Positions 60,609 through 64,000 of a stretch of DNA of 64,000 bases are shown here, piece by piece; positions within the stretch are counted from its first letter, which is position 1, and every line of letters begins with the position of its first letter. This DNA comes from an uncultured delta proteobacterium (lineage in GTDB: Bacteria; Desulfobacterota; Binatia; UBA9968): assembly GCA_963804165.1 (NCBI GenBank), contig CAWDPO010000046.1:32001-96000 (forward strand), written 5' to 3'. The notes under the pieces are model-generated. The model was not told the DNA's origin, did not search any database, and saw nothing but the letters and a program-made list of their open reading frames with translations. The position numbers and the translations under genes are program-made.

Positions 60609-60905
60609 CACCACGAAGTGTTTCCTGATCTTACTTTCGCCAGGAGAGAATGAAAACGGGGATTTCGGTCCAGGTACTGCTCTCCACCGCCCGTCATTCC
60701 CGCGCACGCGGGAATCCAGGTTGGTTCTGCCGAATTGAGCCTGGATACCCGCTTTCGCGGGTATGACGGATATAGGCAGACTCGTTGTTTTCATCCCCGC
60801 ACCGGGCATTTTCAAAGGTAGGAAACGAAGATCACGAAGTTGTAGGGGCAAGGCGTGCCTTGCCCTTTCGATCAAAACCTTCGTGTCCTTCGTGCCTTCG
60901 TGGTG
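60609..60905. repeat. Nested composite of several palindromic repeat families
   Basis: Outer CACCACGAAG...CTTCGTGGTG; then GTTTCCT...AGGAAAC; then ATGAAAAC...GTTTTCAT; core CGTCATTCCCGCG...CGCGGGTATGACG; plus a GTAGGGGCAAGG..CCTTGCCC unit. Confidence 0.75.
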
Positions 60906-60944
60906 GGACCAATGGCCGGTTTTATTTCGTGACAGCAGTAGTAC

Positions 60945-61952
60945 CTAATCGCTCGCCACGATCTTGTTCGCCAACGCGCCGATCTTCGACGACGAGACTT
61001 CGACCGTGTCGCCGATTTTCAAAAAAAGATCGAGCGGTCGTTTGCCGTCGGGGCTGCGGCGTGATTTGTCCGCGGCGGTGCCCGCCGACGTGCCGCCGGC
61101 GATGACGTCTCCAGGCACGAACGTAAAATCCTGGGAGAGATATTCCAGCACGTCGCCGAACGACCAGATCATTTCCCGGGTATTGTAGCTCTGCCGCACG
61201 ACGCCGTTGATGCGGGTCTCGGCGTCGACGTCTTGATGGTCCATTTCATTGACGACAATGCACGGTCCCATGGACACCGCACCGTCAAAGTTTTTCTGCA
61301 AGTTGTAACTGACCATGCGATCCGTGCCGCCGCCGTCACGAATACTCCAGTCATGAAACAGAGTGACGCCCCAGACGTAGTCGCGGATTTTCGCGGCCGG
61401 AATATTTTTCCCCCGTTTACCGATCACGATGGCGATCTCGCCTTCGTAATCGAAATAGGTGACGCGCTTGGGAAAGGGAATCGTATCTCCCGGTCCCGCG
61501 ACTTCGGCCGGCACTTTCCAGAATCCCCACTGGCCGGCCTTCTTCGCTTCCTCGGTGATTTGCTCGATGCTGACGTCGGTTTTGCCGAGCCGGTTCGCCC
61601 ACATGCCGGCAAGGTGAGCCGCGTAGTTGCCGCCGACGCACGCGATGCGCCGCTCCGGCCACGGCGCGTGGAGCTTCACGTCAGAGGCGTTGTGAACGAC
61701 TTTGTTTTCGCCGCCTTCGTTGGGCGATATTTTGCCGGATTGCTCGACCACTCGCTGCGCTTCTTCCAGCGCGGGCGCGCCGCGCTCGATGAAAGATAGA
61801 AGGCGCGCCGGCAGACGGCTCGCCGCCAGTTGCTCCGGGTTCGACTCGCCGCGCTCCCGGAGTTCACGCGCCAGCCCGCGATTGAGATCGATCACTCTTT
61901 CCCCAACCAAAGCGCCGACGCGCCGTTCCGGTCCGAACACTACGATCTTCAT
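60945..61952 (-). CDS. Fumarylacetoacetate hydrolase family protein
   Basis: CVGGNY..H, DYEGE, HDWSIRD, KNFD...MGP, PGDVIAGGT. Confidence 0.92.
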   Translation of the reverse strand: MKIVVFGPERRVGALVGERVIDLNRGLARELRERGESNPEQLAASRLPARLLSFIERGAPALEEAQRVVEQSGKISPNEGGENKVVHNASDVKLHAPWPERRIACVGGNYAAHLAGMWANRLGKTDVSIEQITEEAKKAGQWGFWKVPAEVAGPGDTIPFPKRVTYFDYEGEIAIVIGKRGKNIPAAKIRDYVWGVTLFHDWSIRDGGGTDRMVSYNLQKNFDGAVSMGPCIVVNEMDHQDVDAETRINGVVRQSYNTREMIWSFGDVLEYLSQDFTFVPGDVIAGGTSAGTAADKSRRSPDGKRPLDLFLKIGDTVEVSSSKIGALANKIVASD

Positions 61953-62026
61953 GTTTGTCCTCCCGCTTAGGCTCGTGTGAGATGGCGTAACATCTTGCTC
62001 GCGTTCCGGTCAAGAGTTCGGCAACG

Positions 62027-62226
62027 ACTCGAAAGTTCGTTGTATAAATGCCGCTTCATTCCGGTTGAAAATCTCCCCTTCCGCTCTTTGGTAAAGAGGG
62101 GTGAGAATCGCATGGAGAAAAATCCTCTTTGAAAAAAGGGGTGTTCGGACCGGGGACAAAGGGAGAATTGAGTTCGCGTTCAGCAACTGCCATCGTTAGG
62201 ACTTTATAAACGAACTTCCACACTAG
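62027..62226. repeat. Second copy of the repeat element that hosts the IS481, carrying an 18-bp IS-end-like segment
   Basis: 62100-62141 aligns with 1-42 and 62152-62226 aligns with 1473-1555; TGTTCGGACC lies between them. Confidence 0.8.
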
Positions 62227-62337
62227 CGGTCACGGTGATTTCTTGACGTTTGCCGGGCTTGCGCCTATGTTTACGGCGCGCGTGCGGTCGCCCGTCGTTG
62301 TGCGACGAGCACGACTCCAATTCAGCGGGGGTGAAAA

Positions 62338-63060
62338 ATGTTCGACAGTTGGCGAGGCGTTGTCGGCGATATCAAGCCTACCTATCGGCCTGGCTCGTTG
62401 GAGGATTTTATTCGCTTGCTTCCCGAAGGCATCGGCGTGATTCCACTCACGGTCGGCATCAGTTCCGGAACCGAACAGGAGTTTCGCGACGTGCTGGCGG
62501 ACTACCAGCAGAAGGCGGTGCAACTGGCGGAGCTGGGCGCCGACTTGATTCACATCGGCGGCGCACCGCCGATGATGGTGCACGGCTTTCACGGCGAGGA
62601 TAAAATCGTCAAAGAGCTCGAGGCCAAGATCGGCGTGCCCGTCAGCACTTCGGGCAAATCTCAGGTCGAGGCGATGCACGCGCTGGGTGCCAAGAGCTTG
62701 GTCGGCGTTACTTACTTCAATGACAAATTGAATCAGATTTTCAGCCGCTACTTCAGCGAAGCGGGCATCGAAGTGAAAGCGATGGAGGGAATCGAAGTCG
62801 CTTTCAAAGACGTGGGAAAGCTATCGGGAGAAGAGATCTACAAACACACCAAGAAGGCGTTTCTCAAGCATCCCGACGCCGACGCGATCTATATGCTCGG
62901 CTCGGGCTGGCGGCTGCTCAAAGTGGTGCGCCTGCTGGAGCAAGACCTTCAGGTGCCGGTCATTTACAATCTCGCGACCAAGCTCTGGGACGTGCAGAAG
63001 CGGTTTCACGTGCGCGAGCCGGTGAAGGGCTACGGCCGATTGCTGGAGGAATTGCCGTAG
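62338..63060 (+). CDS. Maleate isomerase/arylmalonate decarboxylase (Asp/Glu racemase) superfamily protein, Cys-free
   Basis: GVPVSTS...EAMHALGAK...VTY, YFSEAGIEV, PDADAIY, LEQDLQVPVI, GYGRLL. Confidence 0.85.
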   Translation: MFDSWRGVVGDIKPTYRPGSLEDFIRLLPEGIGVIPLTVGISSGTEQEFRDVLADYQQKAVQLAELGADLIHIGGAPPMMVHGFHGEDKIVKELEAKIGVPVSTSGKSQVEAMHALGAKSLVGVTYFNDKLNQIFSRYFSEAGIEVKAMEGIEVAFKDVGKLSGEEIYKHTKKAFLKHPDADAIYMLGSGWRLLKVVRLLEQDLQVPVIYNLATKLWDVQKRFHVREPVKGYGRLLEELP

Positions 63061-63068
63061 CGCCGTGG

Positions 63069-63141
63069 TTGGAGTGCTGGAATGATGGAGTACTGGACTC
63101 TTGGGTTGGAAATCCATCACTCCATTACTCCAATACTCCAG
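63069..63141. repeat. Inverted pair of 8-bp tandem arrays between convergent genes
   Basis: tggagtgctggaatgatggagtactgg ... ccatcactccattactccaatactcca. Confidence 0.8.
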
Positions 63142-63159
63142 TTCGATTATTGCCCCCGG

Positions 63160-64000
63160 CTATCGCGCCACAGGAACGCGAAAAGTTTCTTGATGTTCTT
63201 TAAGCCACACCTGGATGCGCTCGCTCACTTTGGCGTCGGGCGGCGCCGGATGTTTGATGCGATCTAAGCCTACTCGCGGAAAGAGCGCTTTCACGCCGGC
63301 GTGCGAACTGGTGAAACCCTCTTCGGTGAAAAGCGTCTGGCCCTCCACCGACGCTAAAAAGTCATAAAAAAACCTGGCCGCGGTAGGGTGAGGCGCTTTC
63401 TCGGAGATACCGGCAGGGTGAATGCTGTAGACGATCGGATTGGCTTCGGCCGACCAATCCACGGGGGCGCCTTTGGCGCGCGCAAGCTCGATCCGGTGCG
63501 CCCGGATGATGGCGACGGGAAACTCGCCGGCGACTAAAAGATTCGCCGTGTTGGTGTAGCCTTGTTGCGTTTGCGGATCTTGCTCCGCCAGCGCCCGCAT
63601 GAAATCACGACCCGTCTTGTCGCCCAGATAGGCGACCATGCCGCCATACCATTGATAGGCTTCGGCAGGAACGCCGATTCTTTTTCCTTTCCATTTAGGC
63701 TCCAACAGATTCTTCCAGTCCTTCGGCGCGTCGGCCGGCTTAACCATGCGGGTATTCCAGCCGATGGTGGCGATGGCGCCATAGAGGCTGATCCAGGTGC
63801 CCGCGGGGTCGCGGTGCGGTTCGGCAAATTTCTGAAACTCCGGGGTAAAATACTTCGCCAGCGCGACATGTTTAGGGAGTTGGAAAAACTGCACATACTC
63901 GGCGGTCGCGATATCCCAAAGAAATTTTCCGGCCCGCGCTTCGCTTCTGATCCTTTCGATCAGTCCGGCGCCGCCCATGCGCAGGTACTTGACCTTGATC
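63160..64000 (-). CDS. ABC-type solute-binding protein (Fe3+/polyamine-like family), 5' end beyond the window
   Basis: WNTRMV...PKDWKNLLEPKWKG, AGEFPVAI, KGAPVDW, APHPTAARFFYDFLASVEGQ. Confidence 0.88.
   Translation of the reverse strand, partial: IKVKYLRMGGAGLIERIRSEARAGKFLWDIATAEYVQFFQLPKHVALAKYFTPEFQKFAEPHRDPAGTWISLYGAIATIGWNTRMVKPADAPKDWKNLLEPKWKGKRIGVPAEAYQWYGGMVAYLGDKTGRDFMRALAEQDPQTQQGYTNTANLLVAGEFPVAIIRAHRIELARAKGAPVDWSAEANPIVYSIHPAGISEKAPHPTAARFFYDFLASVEGQTLFTEEGFTSSHAGVKALFPRVGLDRIKHPAPPDAKVSERIQVWLKEHQETFRVPVAR

Overview
GC-rich bacterial chromosomal window. The very high density of orphan NMT1/THI5-type and Bug/TctC-type solute-binding proteins, ThDP enzymes and palindromic intergenic repeats resembles Candidatus Binatota or related deltaproteobacteria-like lineages (inference only). 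Left to right: an intact IS481-family element inserted in a palindromic repeat; catabolic and uptake genes (two ThDP enzymes, dienelactone hydrolase, Zn-dehydrogenase, amidohydrolase, ComDE-like pair, TctCBA, about 13 solute-binding proteins); signalling genes (PilZ, HD-GYP, PAS histidine kinase, glutaminase-STAS-cNMP); a ~1040-aa membrane-anchored coiled-coil protein with 78-aa periodicity; an RRM gene; xth; a mosaic accessory island (~43-53.4 kb); a PolX-PHP lacking its polymerase aspartates; a metacaspase; and further catabolic genes. The best candidate for an undescribed system is at 42981-46297: a complete HUH Y1 (RAYT/TIRYT-type) transposase gene and a membrane protein with a TIR-like domain both sit inside the split 5' and 3' ends of a second, related element, and short duplications start at the TGACCC of both 5' terminal motifs. 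Many genes carry single-base frameshifts that are most simply explained as assembly indel errors. No CRISPR array, rRNA or tRNA was recognised.
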